Source of the DNA: Patescibacteria group bacterium
GTDB lineage: Bacteria; Patescibacteriota; Patescibacteriia; SG8-24; DYFX01
DNA length: 64,000 bases
Assembly (NCBI GenBank): GCA_041659045.1
Contig: JBAZZB010000001.1
Location: 582,270-646,269, forward strand
Reading direction: 5' to 3'
Made by a program: the position numbers and the translations under genes. Shown here piece by piece: positions 36,442 to 47,076 of the stretch (position 1 is its first letter; each line of letters starts with the position of its first letter). A model generated the notes under the pieces. That model had not been told where the DNA came from. It did no database searches and saw nothing but the letters and a program-made list of their open reading frames with translations.

Positions 36442-36771
36442 ATGACACGACCTCTCGCCCCCGCTGCAAGCGAAACACTGATCTTGCTCGAGCTCTGTCG
36501 CGGTATCGGAGACGCTCTCGAACTTCGGAAGCGCCTAGCGGCGCGCATGACGCCCTCGCCGCCGCCGACCAAGAACACTTTCTATAACGGCCTCAACCGA
36601 CTGTTGAAAAGCGGTCTCGTGGAAAGCACGCAGGAGAAGGCGCCGCTTCGCCGAGGTCGTGAAGGACATCCGCGCACGTTCTTCTCCATCACGTCTGCCG
36701 GCAAAACAGAAGCGCAGCGCATCTCTGACGCGCTGCGCAAAACTCTTCTTCCGCCTCAAGTCCAACTTTGA
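36442..36771 (+). CDS. PadR-like wHTH transcriptional regulator
   Basis: LILLELCRG...NTFYNGLNRLLKSGLVES is PadR-like; GGAG RBS. Confidence 0.55.
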   Translation: MTRPLAPAASETLILLELCRGIGDALELRKRLAARMTPSPPPTKNTFYNGLNRLLKSGLVESTQEKAPLRRGREGHPRTFFSITSAGKTEAQRISDALRKTLLPPQVQL

Positions 36772-36780
36772 GGCTTTTTT

Positions 36781-38403
36781 TTATTTCTTGAGTGCCGCCT
36801 TGATGAACGCGTTGAAGAGCGGGTGCGGTCGGAGCGGGCGCGACAGGAATTCCGGATGGAACTGCACGCCGACGAAGAACGGATGATTCTTCAGCTCGAC
36901 GATTTCGACCAGGAGTCCGTCGGGCGAGGTACCAGAAATCGTGAGACCGGCTTTTTCGAGGCGCTCGCGATAGTCGTTGTTGAATTCGTAGCGATGGCGG
37001 TGGCGTTCAGAGATTTCGCGCTTGCCATAGGCGGCGCGAGCGTGGGTTTTGGGCGTCAGCACGCAGGGGTACGCACCAAGACGCATCGTGCCGCCGTATT
37101 TGCCTTTGCGTACGATCGCTTCCTGGTCCGGCATGATGTGAATGATCTGGTGCGCCGCGTTCGGATTTACCTCGGCGGTGTTAGCGTCTTCAAGACCGGC
37201 CACGTGGCGCGCGAATTCGATCGTGGCGAGCTGCATGCCGTAGCACAAGCCGAAGTACGGGATCTTCTTTTCGCGGGCGTAACGAATGACGTTGATCTTA
37301 CCTTCGATGCCGCGACTGCCAAAACCGCCGGGCACCAAAATTCCGTCGTATTTGGAAAGTTCTTTGAGCTTTTCGGGGTTCGATTCGAATTCAGCTGAGT
37401 CGAGCCAGTCGAGCTGCGGGTCGGAGTTGTTGTGCCAAGCCGCCGCTTTGACCGCTTCGATGACGGAAATGTAGGCGTCCGTCAGGTTGAAGTCGCCGCT
37501 TGAGAAATATTTTCCGACGATCGCGATCTTCACCGGTTTTTTCTCGGAGTGAATCGTCTTCACCAGCCTTGCCCAGTCTTTCAAGTCGACGCGGCGACGC
37601 TGACGCAAACCGAACTTCGACAAGATGCGCTTGCCGACCTGGTCGCGCTCGAAGTTGAGCGGCACGTCGTAAATGGAGGCGGCGTCTGGAGCGGAAATCA
37701 CGTCGCGCTCGTCGATCGAACAGAACTGCGAAAGCTTGCGCTTGCGCGGTTCGTCGAGCGGTTTAGCGGCACGCGCGATGATGAAGTCAGGCTGGATACC
37801 CGCCGAGTTCAGCGTGCGGACGGCGTACTGCGTCGGCTTGGTTTTCATCTCACCGAGGTTGTACGGGATCGGCAGATACGAGACGAGCACAAACAGTACG
37901 TCCTTCGGGTTCTTGAGACGCAACATGCGCGCCGCCTCGAGGAAGAGGATGTTCTGGTATTCCCCAACAGTGCCGCCAATTTCGACGAGGCAGATATCCG
38001 CCTTCGCTTCCTTAGCCGCGCGCTTCACGCGGCGGATGATTTCTTCTGGTACGTGTGGTACGACTTCGACCGTACGTCCGCCGTATTCCAAATTACGCTC
38101 GCGCTCGATGACTTCGCGGTAGATGCGTCCGGTCGTCATGTAGTTCACCGATGTGATGTCGGTGTCGAGGAAGCGTTCGTAGTTGCCGATGTCTTGATCG
38201 GTTTCATCGCCATCCTCCGTAACAAACACTTCTCCGTGTTCGACGGGATTCATCGTGCCAGCGTCGACGTTAATATACGGATCGATCTTCACCGCCGTGA
38301 CCCGGAACCCTTTCGACTGGAGAATGCGGCCGATCGAAGCCGTAGCCGTGCCCTTGCCGACACCGCTCATGACGCCACCGACGATGAAGATGAACTTAGA
38401 CAT
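36781..38403 (-). CDS. pyrG: CTP synthase
   Basis: MSKFIFIVGGVMSGVGKGTATASIG...; the GATase domain has GLCYGMQ. Confidence 0.95.
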   Translation of the reverse strand: MSKFIFIVGGVMSGVGKGTATASIGRILQSKGFRVTAVKIDPYINVDAGTMNPVEHGEVFVTEDGDETDQDIGNYERFLDTDITSVNYMTTGRIYREVIERERNLEYGGRTVEVVPHVPEEIIRRVKRAAKEAKADICLVEIGGTVGEYQNILFLEAARMLRLKNPKDVLFVLVSYLPIPYNLGEMKTKPTQYAVRTLNSAGIQPDFIIARAAKPLDEPRKRKLSQFCSIDERDVISAPDAASIYDVPLNFERDQVGKRILSKFGLRQRRRVDLKDWARLVKTIHSEKKPVKIAIVGKYFSSGDFNLTDAYISVIEAVKAAAWHNNSDPQLDWLDSAEFESNPEKLKELSKYDGILVPGGFGSRGIEGKINVIRYAREKKIPYFGLCYGMQLATIEFARHVAGLEDANTAEVNPNAAHQIIHIMPDQEAIVRKGKYGGTMRLGAYPCVLTPKTHARAAYGKREISERHRHRYEFNNDYRERLEKAGLTISGTSPDGLLVEIVELKNHPFFVGVQFHPEFLSRPLRPHPLFNAFIKAALKK

Positions 38404-38414
38404 GCGAGAAACGT

Positions 38415-39035
38415 TTAGGTTCGAGGTTTGTCGTTTTTGGGCTTTGCGCCGGAGGCAGCGCCTCCTCTTTCAGGTGAGACATCAGAAGCTGGCGGTTTTC
38501 GAACACCGAGCGTGATGAGTGCTTTCTCGAGCACGGGACGCACGTCCTCATAACTCGATTTCGACATCGCTTCTCGCGGATCGACCCAGATGATCTGACG
38601 GATCTTTTCGTGCTTTTGCGGAGAGCCCCACTCCCCCGCGGGGGCTTCCATCAAAAAGTAATGCACGAATTTATGCACGAGCATGCCTTTGCTTCCAGGC
38701 CGGTATTTCTCGCGAAACCAGAAATCGATCGTGCCGAGCGGCAGTCGTAGTTTGAGTCCACGCAATGCCATTTCTTCGGCGGTTTCGCGAAGCGCCGCTT
38801 GCTCGATCGTCTCCCCCGGCTCAACGTGCCCTTTGGCGAACGTCCATTTGCTGAACGGGTCAAGCATGAGTGACATCTTCAAGCCCTTGCGCGTGCGCTT
38901 GTAGACGATGCCACCCGCAGAAATTTCGACCTGCACGCGCGGCGGGCCTTTCCTCCGAACACGGCTCCGGCGAGGATCAGGTCGGTGCTTACGGTGCGAC
39001 GGCGTGGCAGGTGTTTGTGGCTGCTGGGGCTCCAT
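38415..39035 (-). CDS. NUDIX hydrolase
   Basis: Nudix box GHVEPGETIEQAALRETAEE. The start is uncertain (ORF extends to 39155). Confidence 0.65.
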   Translation of the reverse strand: MEPQQPQTPATPSHRKHRPDPRRSRVRRKGPPRVQVEISAGGIVYKRTRKGLKMSLMLDPFSKWTFAKGHVEPGETIEQAALRETAEEMALRGLKLRLPLGTIDFWFREKYRPGSKGMLVHKFVHYFLMEAPAGEWGSPQKHEKIRQIIWVDPREAMSKSSYEDVRPVLEKALITLGVRKPPASDVSPERGGAASGAKPKNDKPRT

Positions 39036-39036
39036 A

Positions 39037-40320
39037 CTATTTTCTTGAAGTCTTTTTCGGAGCCGGTGGCGGCACAACACCATCGAACCAAGCCTTGGCA
39101 GCCTCAAGCTGCGGGTCACGATCATTCTCGTAATCCTCTTCCGTGCGCTCAACAACGTAGTCGGGCGTGATGCCGTTCACGTTGATGTTGTTGCCTTTCG
39201 GAGTCAGCCATTCAGCAATCGTAAGCTTGACCGAGGAACCGTCGCCCAGATCGATCAAGTCCTGGACGGAGCCCTTGCCGAAGGTTTGCGTACCGATCAA
39301 CACACCTTTGCCGAGATCCTGAAGCGCGCCCGCAACGATTTCCGAAGCGGAAGCCGAGCCGCCGTTCACCAAGACAAGCGTAGGAATATCTTTAAGACGT
39401 CCGCGACCGGTCGCTTCATGCGTGTCGCTCGTGCCATCCGAGAAGCGTTCGGAAACGGCTGTTTCTCCCGGGACCCACTCGCCGAGCATCTGCACGGACA
39501 CATCCAAGTAGCCTCCAGGATTGTTGCGAAGATCGAGCACGATGCCGTCGATGTCGCGTCCGCGAATTTGCGTCACGGCATCCAAGAAGCGATCAAACGT
39601 ATCACCATTGAAATTCGTGACCGTGATGACAGCGAGCTTCTTCCCTTTCGCAGAAGTAACGAACGTCGCCTTCACGCTTTGAATGGCAATCGTGTCGCGC
39701 GTGATCGTGAAGATACGTGGTGATGTTTCATTGCCGCGCAGAATGGTCAGCTTCACCTTCGTGCCTTTGTCGCCGCGAATATGACTGACCGCGAAGTCGA
39801 GCGACATGCCGAACGTATCCTCTTCGTCGATCGCGACAATATGATCGCCGGCTTTGAGTCCGGCTTTCTCGGCCGGGGAACCGGAGAGCGGTGCTACGAT
39901 CACCAACTCTTCTTTCTTCATGCCGATTTCGGCGCCAATACCTTCAAACTTTCCGGAAAGCTGCTTGGTGAATTCTTCGGATTCAACCGGTTCGAAGAAC
40001 ATCGAGTGCGGATCGCCGAGGGACGCCACCATACCGCGCAGAGCACCATAGTACATCTGCTTTTCGTCGACAGGCTGCTTGACATAACGATCCTGAATAA
40101 CGGACCAGAGGTCCCAGAACTGTTCGAAATCAACCGTGCCGCCGGAACGATCAAGTTCGGCGTTTACGAATTCAATACTGCCGGAAGCGGAACTGGTTGG
40201 GCCACGCGAGGCGCGTCCCGCACCCATGCGGTAGCCCCACAGGAAAGACGCGACAACAAAGACCAGCGCCAGGTAAACGCCGACGGCTTTTCGCGCGCGA
40301 TTGTTTTCTGGAATATTCAT
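39037..40320 (-). CDS. ctpA: C-terminal processing peptidase (S41)
   Basis: PDZ domain plus GGSASASE (Ser) and TFGKGSVQ (Lys) catalytic dyad motifs. Confidence 0.85.
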   Translation of the reverse strand: MNIPENNRARKAVGVYLALVFVVASFLWGYRMGAGRASRGPTSSASGSIEFVNAELDRSGGTVDFEQFWDLWSVIQDRYVKQPVDEKQMYYGALRGMVASLGDPHSMFFEPVESEEFTKQLSGKFEGIGAEIGMKKEELVIVAPLSGSPAEKAGLKAGDHIVAIDEEDTFGMSLDFAVSHIRGDKGTKVKLTILRGNETSPRIFTITRDTIAIQSVKATFVTSAKGKKLAVITVTNFNGDTFDRFLDAVTQIRGRDIDGIVLDLRNNPGGYLDVSVQMLGEWVPGETAVSERFSDGTSDTHEATGRGRLKDIPTLVLVNGGSASASEIVAGALQDLGKGVLIGTQTFGKGSVQDLIDLGDGSSVKLTIAEWLTPKGNNINVNGITPDYVVERTEEDYENDRDPQLEAAKAWFDGVVPPPAPKKTSRK

Positions 40321-41594
40321 GCGTGATCTTCTTCGCGGATGATTACTGCGCCAACCTCGGCAAAGCGCGCTTCGATGCGCTCGTAACCGCGATCGATGAT
40401 TTCAGCTTCATGGAGCACGGTTTCGCCGTCGGCGAGGATGCCGGCCAAAAGCAGCGTGACGCCCGCGCGCAGGTCCAAACTACGGATTTCCCGACCATAG
40501 AGAGGGGTCGGCCCCGAGATCAGGACACGGTGAGGGTCACAGACGGTGGCATTCGCTCCCATCTTAACCAATTCTTGGATGAAACCGAAACGCCCCTCGT
40601 ACAGAGGTTCCTGGATCAAGCTCGTACCAACGCATTGCGTGGCCAAGACGCCAAAAGGCGCCATGAGATCGGTCGGGAGTCCAGGGTACGGCAATGACTG
40701 ATATTTATTAGCACCGCTGAGCGCAGAGAGCGTTCCTGGAGCCGTAACACGAATCGTGTCACTTCCGACTTCGACCACCGCTCCAATCGCACGGAGGCGC
40801 TGCGTGACGATATCGAGATGATCGGGTCGTACGCGCTCGATCGTAAGATCGCCGCGCGTGAGCGCCGCCGCCACCATGAACGTACCAGCTTCGATCTGGT
40901 CGGGAATAATTTCATGCTCTGCGCCATGCAGACGCTCGACACCGTCGATATGAATCGTGTGCGTGCCGTGACCTTGGATCCGTGCACCCATCTTGTTCAA
41001 GAAATCGCCGAGATCCTCGACATGAGGTTCTGCGGCCGCGAGTTTGATGGTCGTACGCCCCTTCGCCGTCGAAGCAGCCATCATCAAATTTTCCGTCGCG
41101 GTGACAGAAAATTCTGGCAACACAACTTCGCGACCGATGAGTCCAGTCGAACGCAAGAGATACCCTTCCGCTCCGCGCTCGCAGGTCGCTCCAATCGAGG
41201 TGAGCGCCACGAGATGTGTGTCGAGCGGACGATTGCCAATAATGCAGCCGCCCGGCTCCGGCAATTCCATTTCATGAAAACGCGAGAGCATCGGTCCCAA
41301 AAACAAAACCGACGAACGCATGCTGCGCATCGCCTTACGATCCAGTTTCGCCGGATCAGCGTTCCGCGGATCAATCTTCAACTCGTGGTCTCCATTCCAA
41401 GCAACCGTGACTCCGAGACTTCGGAGAATGTCGAGCATGCGCTCAACATCGCGGATGCGAGGAACGTTCTTTAAGACGCACGGTTCGTCCGTGAGCAGCG
41501 TCGCTGCCAGGATCGGCGTAGCGGCGTTCTTCATACCCGCCACCTGAAGCCGACCGCGGAGCTTTTTTCCGCCTTGAATTCGCAATCGGCTCAT
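40317..41594 (-). CDS. murA: UDP-N-acetylglucosamine 1-carboxyvinyltransferase
   Basis: MSRLRIQGGKKLRGRLQVAGMKNAATPILAATLL... of the EPT family; ATGA overlap with ctpA. Confidence 0.9.
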   Translation of the reverse strand: MSRLRIQGGKKLRGRLQVAGMKNAATPILAATLLTDEPCVLKNVPRIRDVERMLDILRSLGVTVAWNGDHELKIDPRNADPAKLDRKAMRSMRSSVLFLGPMLSRFHEMELPEPGGCIIGNRPLDTHLVALTSIGATCERGAEGYLLRSTGLIGREVVLPEFSVTATENLMMAASTAKGRTTIKLAAAEPHVEDLGDFLNKMGARIQGHGTHTIHIDGVERLHGAEHEIIPDQIEAGTFMVAAALTRGDLTIERVRPDHLDIVTQRLRAIGAVVEVGSDTIRVTAPGTLSALSGANKYQSLPYPGLPTDLMAPFGVLATQCVGTSLIQEPLYEGRFGFIQELVKMGANATVCDPHRVLISGPTPLYGREIRSLDLRAGVTLLLAGILADGETVLHEAEIIDRGYERIEARFAEVGAVIIREEDHA

Positions 41595-41627
41595 AGTACG
41601 ATTTGGTCGGTGCTAGCATACTCCGCC

Positions 41628-42965
41628 ATGAACCCACGCGCAAGACAATTTCTCAGCTGGACGTTCATCGTGACGTTCTTCCTGCTCGCCCCGGCCGTCA
41701 TCCTGTCAACGGCCGGGTATCGTTATAATTTCACGCGCGGGCGCCTTGAACGTACGGGGGTCGTCGTCGTCGAAACCAGGCCAGCAGGAGCCAGTATTAG
41801 CCTGAATAACAAGCCGCAAAAGACGGAAACCCCAACACAGATCAGTAAGGTTACGCCGGGCACATATACCGTACGTGTCGAAAAGGCCAACTATCACCCC
41901 TGGACAAAAACCGTGACCGTCGGCAGCCGAGAGTCGGTCTTTTTGAACCAAATCTCGCTTTTTAGGACCGAAGCGCCTACCTCCATCAAGACACTTGGCA
42001 CTCCTGCCGCTACGGCCTTTTCGAATGATGTGCGCTACGGCGCTGTCGTCGCTTCCGCCTCGTCCGGCTCCGAACTCAGCGTTATCGACACAAAAATTGG
42101 TACGGCCTATCTTCCCTATCGCTCCAGCGCTCCCGCAACTTCATTCCGCCTGCACTGGTCTCCAAACGGACGAACCTTGCTGATTGAACGCGCCGGTAAA
42201 AGCCCATTGTTCCTGCTTTGGAGCGCCAACGATCCGGAGCGCGTTCGCGATCTCTTGAAGGAGGCCGAGATCATCTTCACTGAAGTCTTTTGGGCACAGG
42301 ACACTGATCGCCTCTACGGCGTCGCAAAGAACACGCTGTACCAAATCGACGCCGAACTACTCGCTGCCGTCGATGTCGGACCTTCCATTACGGCACCTGT
42401 CATCGCCAATGACACGCTCTACGGCATTCTCGACAAGGACGCTCCGACACTGGTGAGGCGCCGCTTGCGCGACACGACGACCGAGACCATTGCTCAACTC
42501 CCCTCCTCCAAGTACGTGCCGGTTGCCGGAAACGGAAAGAAAATCACCTACGCTTCGCTTTCCGGCGATCGTTTGTTTACGATCGATCCTTCCGGCGACC
42601 GACCGACGGCTTTCGAAGGACGAGGCCACGATGGCGTCTGGTCAACCGATGGTTCACGCTTGCTGTACTGGAGCGATTTGGAAATCCGCATCTACGACGC
42701 CCGTTCCGGAACGGACGAACTTATCGACAGATTGAGCGAATCCATCACACAGGCGTCATGGCAGCGTCCGGAGTGGACCGCACTTTACGCCGTTGGCGAC
42801 TCCATCTTCAGCATTGAAACAACGGACCGTTTCGGACGTATCACGCTTCCGATCATCGAATTCCAAAAGCTGTACCGCTTCGCGATCAGCACGAACGGCG
42901 ACACCGCGTTTATCTTCGGCATGCAGGGCGGAGAAAACGGCCTTTGGAAGCTACGGCTGCGTTAA
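41628..42965 (+). CDS. Membrane-anchored PEGA-domain / beta-propeller protein
   Basis: TM, then PEGA-like TPGTYTVRVEKANYHPWTKTVTV, then WD/TolB-like repeats. Confidence 0.55.
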   Translation: MNPRARQFLSWTFIVTFFLLAPAVILSTAGYRYNFTRGRLERTGVVVVETRPAGASISLNNKPQKTETPTQISKVTPGTYTVRVEKANYHPWTKTVTVGSRESVFLNQISLFRTEAPTSIKTLGTPAATAFSNDVRYGAVVASASSGSELSVIDTKIGTAYLPYRSSAPATSFRLHWSPNGRTLLIERAGKSPLFLLWSANDPERVRDLLKEAEIIFTEVFWAQDTDRLYGVAKNTLYQIDAELLAAVDVGPSITAPVIANDTLYGILDKDAPTLVRRRLRDTTTETIAQLPSSKYVPVAGNGKKITYASLSGDRLFTIDPSGDRPTAFEGRGHDGVWSTDGSRLLYWSDLEIRIYDARSGTDELIDRLSESITQASWQRPEWTALYAVGDSIFSIETTDRFGRITLPIIEFQKLYRFAISTNGDTAFIFGMQGGENGLWKLRLR

Positions 42966-42967
42966 AT

Positions 42968-43000
42968 AAAAACACCCCAACGCATGTCGGGGTGTTTTTT
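42968..43000. terminator. Bidirectional terminator
   Basis: A5-caccccaac-gcatg-tcggggtg-T6. Confidence 0.7.
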
Positions 43001-44072
43001 AAATCTCTACAACAGCATTGTCGCCGATCACGAGCTTGTGACCCAGCGGCAGCGTGGCATGCGCAGAGGAAATCGTCGCGTTCGCGCCGATCAAGCTGTC
43101 GACGATACGCTTCGAGCAATTGATATCGACATCTTCAAAGATGACAGAGTGTTCGATTTCGGTGTTGTAGATTTCGACACCGCGTCCGATGGACGTGTAC
43201 GGGCCGATGTACGAATTTTCGATTTTGCAATTCTCGCCAATCACGACTGGTCCACGGATCAAGACTTTCGGTCCGATCACGGTACCTTTGCCGATCGAAA
43301 CCTTGCCTTGGATCACGGCCGTTGTATCAATCTCCGCGCCTTCGCGGCCTTCGTCGGCCATTTCATTCAGAAGCAGCTGATTGCCTTCCAGCAGGTCTTC
43401 GGGCTTGCCGGTGTCTTTCCACCAACCCGTGATCTCCTCGTAACCGACCGATTTTCCGTTTTCAATCAGCCAGGTATGAATGTCGGAGATTTCGTACTCC
43501 CCTCGCGACGACGGCTTAATGTGCGCGAACGCTTCGAAAAACGTCTTGTCGTACACGTAAATGCCGGTAACGGCATAGTCGCTTTTCGGTTCTGACGGCT
43601 TCTCGTCAACGCGAACAATGCGTCCACCTTCAATCTGCGGCACGCCGAAGCGCTGAGGATCTTTCACTTTGGAAAGCGCCAGGACGCAGTTGAGTTTTTC
43701 CGTTTCAAATTTTTCTACGAAACGCTTCAAGCTACCGAGGATGATGTTGTCGCCGAGATAAAAAACGAACGACTCATCACCCAAAAAATCCCTGGCATTG
43801 TTGACGACGTGGGCGATACCGAGCGGGCCGCCCTTCTGTTCGATAAAAACAATCTTCACGCCCCAGCGTGCACCGTCGCCGACAGCCTTCTGCATTTCTT
43901 CTTCTCCGGGGTTGACGCTGATACCAATTTCTTTGATGCCAACCGCGACGAGTTTTTCGATGGCGTAAAAGATCATTGGCTTGTTGGCCAATGGAATCAG
44001 GTGCTTATTGATCGTGTGCGTGATGGGTCGGAGCCGCGTTGCGCGGCCGCCCGCCGTGATCAAAGCTTTCAT
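42999..44072 (-). CDS. Glucose-1-phosphate thymidylyltransferase, long form with a C-terminal left-handed beta-helix
   Basis: MKALITAGGRATRLRPITHTINKHLIP is the NTP-transferase G-loop; the C-terminus has hexapeptide repeats. Confidence 0.75.
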   Translation of the reverse strand: MKALITAGGRATRLRPITHTINKHLIPLANKPMIFYAIEKLVAVGIKEIGISVNPGEEEMQKAVGDGARWGVKIVFIEQKGGPLGIAHVVNNARDFLGDESFVFYLGDNIILGSLKRFVEKFETEKLNCVLALSKVKDPQRFGVPQIEGGRIVRVDEKPSEPKSDYAVTGIYVYDKTFFEAFAHIKPSSRGEYEISDIHTWLIENGKSVGYEEITGWWKDTGKPEDLLEGNQLLLNEMADEGREGAEIDTTAVIQGKVSIGKGTVIGPKVLIRGPVVIGENCKIENSYIGPYTSIGRGVEIYNTEIEHSVIFEDVDINCSKRIVDSLIGANATISSAHATLPLGHKLVIGDNAVVEI

Positions 44073-44144
44073 ACTCGCTCTTAACGCTAGCAGAAATGCC
44101 TTTGTTCGTAAAGGTGGGAACGGCACCAAACAAAAAACCGAGTC

Positions 44145-44582
44145 CTAGGAAGACTCGGACGAATCGCAGGCACAGGGTTTGGCGCTGACAGACTCATCAG
44201 GCCGATACAGCGTTGACGCGATCGAGAGCAGAAGAGCACCGGGGCTCAACTGCAAGCGGTGCCAGACGCCGGACGGGATGAGCAGACCGAGCTCTGGACG
44301 ATCGAGCCACACGTCGCCGCAAACACCCTCAGCGTGCAGCTCAAACCTGATCCGACCCGCAAGCGCGACGAGCAACTCACGCTTGCCGCCTTCTGGGTGA
44401 TAGTGGCCGCCGCGCGTGATCCAGTCCGAACCATCGTTGCGGATCCAATAGACGCGCGGAGCCGCATCATTCGGAAAGAAGCCAGCCGCGATCTTGGCGG
44501 GCTCGACGATCGTCAGAAGACCCGGCTTGCCGGGCGTGCGTACGTTCTGAAAAGACACGATCTTCCAAGGCACCTCGGACAT
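44145..44582 (-). CDS. WxcM/FdtA-like cupin (dTDP-sugar 3,4-ketoisomerase family)
   Basis: RVYWIRN...RGGHYHPEG...LLVALAG...LLIPSGVWHRL matches the FdtA pattern. Confidence 0.5.
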   Translation of the reverse strand: MSEVPWKIVSFQNVRTPGKPGLLTIVEPAKIAAGFFPNDAAPRVYWIRNDGSDWITRGGHYHPEGGKRELLVALAGRIRFELHAEGVCGDVWLDRPELGLLIPSGVWHRLQLSPGALLLSIASTLYRPDESVSAKPCACDSSESS

Positions 44583-44649
44583 GAGCCATCCTCCTTGGAC
44601 CAAAAGGGATCCAAAAGAAGTTCAGCAACTTTTCAGAGAAAAGTCAACC

Positions 44650-45708
44650 CTACACCTCATCGATCTTTTCGACCGTAGAGCGGAATTCTTTTTTGTAGAT
44701 ATCAATCAATGCGATCGTGACGGACAGCACAATAGGGCCAAAGAAAATGCCGTAGGCGCCGAAGAACTGTAGGCCACCAAGGATCGAGAGCAAGATCAGC
44801 ATCGGATGAATCTTGATGCGGGAGCGCATGACTTGCGGCGTCAGGAAATTGTCGACGAGTCCGATGATCAGCATGCTGATCACCGCAAGTGCCAAACCGG
44901 ACCACAAGCGCCCGACGGCAAACAAGTAGATCGTGAACGGCACGGTCACGAGTGCGGTGCCGATAGCGGGAATGAAGTTCGTCATCGCAATCATCGAGCC
45001 CCAGAAGACGGGGGCCGGCAAACCAAGGGCCACGAAGGCGACGCCGCCGACAAAGCCTTTGATGAGCGAAACAACAAATTGGCCATACGCCACGGCCTTG
45101 ATTGCGTCCATGATGCGATCAATGATTGTTGTGTCGTCTTCGTCGCCCAAGGGCGAGAGATCGAGAAGCTGGCGCTTGAATTCTCCGCCATCCTTGAGCA
45201 AGTAGTACATGCCCATGAGGAGAATGAAGAAGCCGAGGACAAACGCGAAGGTATCGGCGAAAAGGGCGGCGATGTTCGAGGTCAGACTTGAAATGACGGG
45301 CTGCACGTAGGAGGCGACGTCACGTACGGCGCGTGTGGCTTCAGCCGCGATCAGGCTCGCTTGTTCCGGCCCGAGAATCTTCGCCAAGGAATCAGCGACG
45401 TCTTCGAAGCTCACTTGTTGACGCACCGTGTTGAAGAGCTGCACTGCTTCCGTCACCATCGTGCCGACGATGAAGAGCAGCGGCATGAGGATCAAGACCA
45501 GCGTTAGAAAGACCGTCGCAAGGGCCGCAAACATCGAGTTGCCACGGAAGTGCTTACGCAAATAGCGATACACCGGCTGCATCAAAACCGCCAAGATGCC
45601 GGAGAAGACCATCAGACTGAGGTACGGACGGAACACCAAGAAGGCCACGACGAGTGTCAGGGCGAAGACCGCCATGAAGAAGTAGACCTGCAGTCTGCGG
45701 TAGCTCAT
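44650..45708 (-). CDS. AI-2E family transporter (PerM-like)
   Basis: Eight TM helices. Start at M68 of the ORF (MSYRRLQVYFF). Confidence 0.65.
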   Translation of the reverse strand: MSYRRLQVYFFMAVFALTLVVAFLVFRPYLSLMVFSGILAVLMQPVYRYLRKHFRGNSMFAALATVFLTLVLILMPLLFIVGTMVTEAVQLFNTVRQQVSFEDVADSLAKILGPEQASLIAAEATRAVRDVASYVQPVISSLTSNIAALFADTFAFVLGFFILLMGMYYLLKDGGEFKRQLLDLSPLGDEDDTTIIDRIMDAIKAVAYGQFVVSLIKGFVGGVAFVALGLPAPVFWGSMIAMTNFIPAIGTALVTVPFTIYLFAVGRLWSGLALAVISMLIIGLVDNFLTPQVMRSRIKIHPMLILLSILGGLQFFGAYGIFFGPIVLSVTIALIDIYKKEFRSTVEKIDEV

Positions 45709-45748
45709 ATCTCCTGCAGTATAGCATAAAAAATAAAACCGCCCTGAT

Positions 45749-46135
45749 TCAGGCGGCGTCGACAGGTAGGTTCTTCGGCAAGTAGCCGAACTTCTGGAGG
45801 TTCTGTATGTGCTTTGCGCCTTCCGCGCGAGACCGCTCATAGCGAGCCTGTTCCCACTTGGGGACGTGCAAGCCATGCTCCCCCTCCATGGCGTAGCCTG
45901 CGAAGACAACGAGGCCGACGGCCGCGATGACGGTTAGCAGGCAGATCGTCGCCATGAGAAAACCGCCGATCAGCCCCATGGAGGCATAGGCGATAACCGC
46001 GACGATGGTCCAAGGAGCGTACGCACCCTCTCTGCGCTTTTCGACTTCGACGGTCATGGAAATAGGCTCACTTTCTACCCCGCCTCCAGGCGGGACGATG
46101 GAAACGACGGTATCAAAAAAGCCCCATTTCGTCAA
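45749..46135 (-). CDS. Hypothetical small membrane protein
   Basis: Two TM helices; terminator hairpin downstream. Confidence 0.4.
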   Translation of the reverse strand: MTKWGFFDTVVSIVPPGGGVESEPISMTVEVEKRREGAYAPWTIVAVIAYASMGLIGGFLMATICLLTVIAAVGLVVFAGYAMEGEHGLHVPKWEQARYERSRAEGAKHIQNLQKFGYLPKNLPVDAA

Positions 46136-46155
46136 GATAGGGGCCCTTTCGTCGC

Positions 46156-47076
46156 TTACTCAACCAAAGCCAGTTTTTCGCGAGTCTCCTCTTCCGTCTT
46201 GCGAAGAGTTGCATCGGCCTCGCTGGAGTTCAGATTCTGCTTCAGCAGAGAAAGAATGTCGACCAAACGCTCCTCGATCGGACGCATGGTAATTCCTTCC
46301 GCTTCCAGCTTGTTGATCGAAAGCACGCAGTCGACGCGCTTGGCGAGCGTCATGCGGTTCAATTCTTCTTTGGAAATTTTTGCGAAGGACATCTCCGGCT
46401 TCACGTGCGTCTTGAGCAGCTCAGCGATGCGATACGGCGTCGTGACACCAGGGTTCGCGACGTTGTAGAGGCCGGTCGCATCTTTTTCAAGCAGCGCCCA
46501 AGTAACGTCCATCAGATCTTCCACAATGGTGCAGGAGTTGGCCGTGTCGATGAATTTCGAATACGTCAGCATCTTCACGAAGGCGTTGCGCGGACTGACC
46601 ATGCCGGACAAAAGCTGGCGAGGTCGGAGCATCAAAACTTTCAGACTGCCGCGCAAGGCGCGTTCGTTCAAAAGATTCTCCGCCCAGACTTTCGTCCATG
46701 AGTAGTAGCACAGCGGGTGCGGCGCGTCGTCTTCCGTGCGAATAACGTCAGGTGTCGGGCTTTCCTGCACGCAACCGCTCGAGACGTGGAGCAGGTAGAC
46801 GCCGCGCTCCTCGGCAGCCTTGGCGATCACGTCGGCGCCGTGCACGTTGATGTGGAATGCTTCCAACTTGTTCATCTCGCACCAGTCGATGTTCGTCTTG
46901 GCAACGGCGTTGATGATTAGGTCCGGCTGCGAAGCTGAAACCGCGCCGGAAACAAACGCTTCATCGCGAATATCGCCGGCTGGCGATTCAACGACGCAAC
47001 CTTTGGACGCAAAGAAGTCCCGGTAAAAGGTTCCGAGTTGGCCGCGACCGAAGATCAAGACTTTGGATGGCGTCAT
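46156..47076 (-). CDS. dTDP-4-dehydro-6-deoxyhexose reductase (RmlD-like) with a C-terminal extension
   Basis: VLIFGRGQLG...DLIINAVAKTNID...LLHVSSGCV is RmlD-like. Confidence 0.65.
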   Translation of the reverse strand: MTPSKVLIFGRGQLGTFYRDFFASKGCVVESPAGDIRDEAFVSGAVSASQPDLIINAVAKTNIDWCEMNKLEAFHINVHGADVIAKAAEERGVYLLHVSSGCVQESPTPDVIRTEDDAPHPLCYYSWTKVWAENLLNERALRGSLKVLMLRPRQLLSGMVSPRNAFVKMLTYSKFIDTANSCTIVEDLMDVTWALLEKDATGLYNVANPGVTTPYRIAELLKTHVKPEMSFAKISKEELNRMTLAKRVDCVLSINKLEAEGITMRPIEERLVDILSLLKQNLNSSEADATLRKTEEETREKLALVE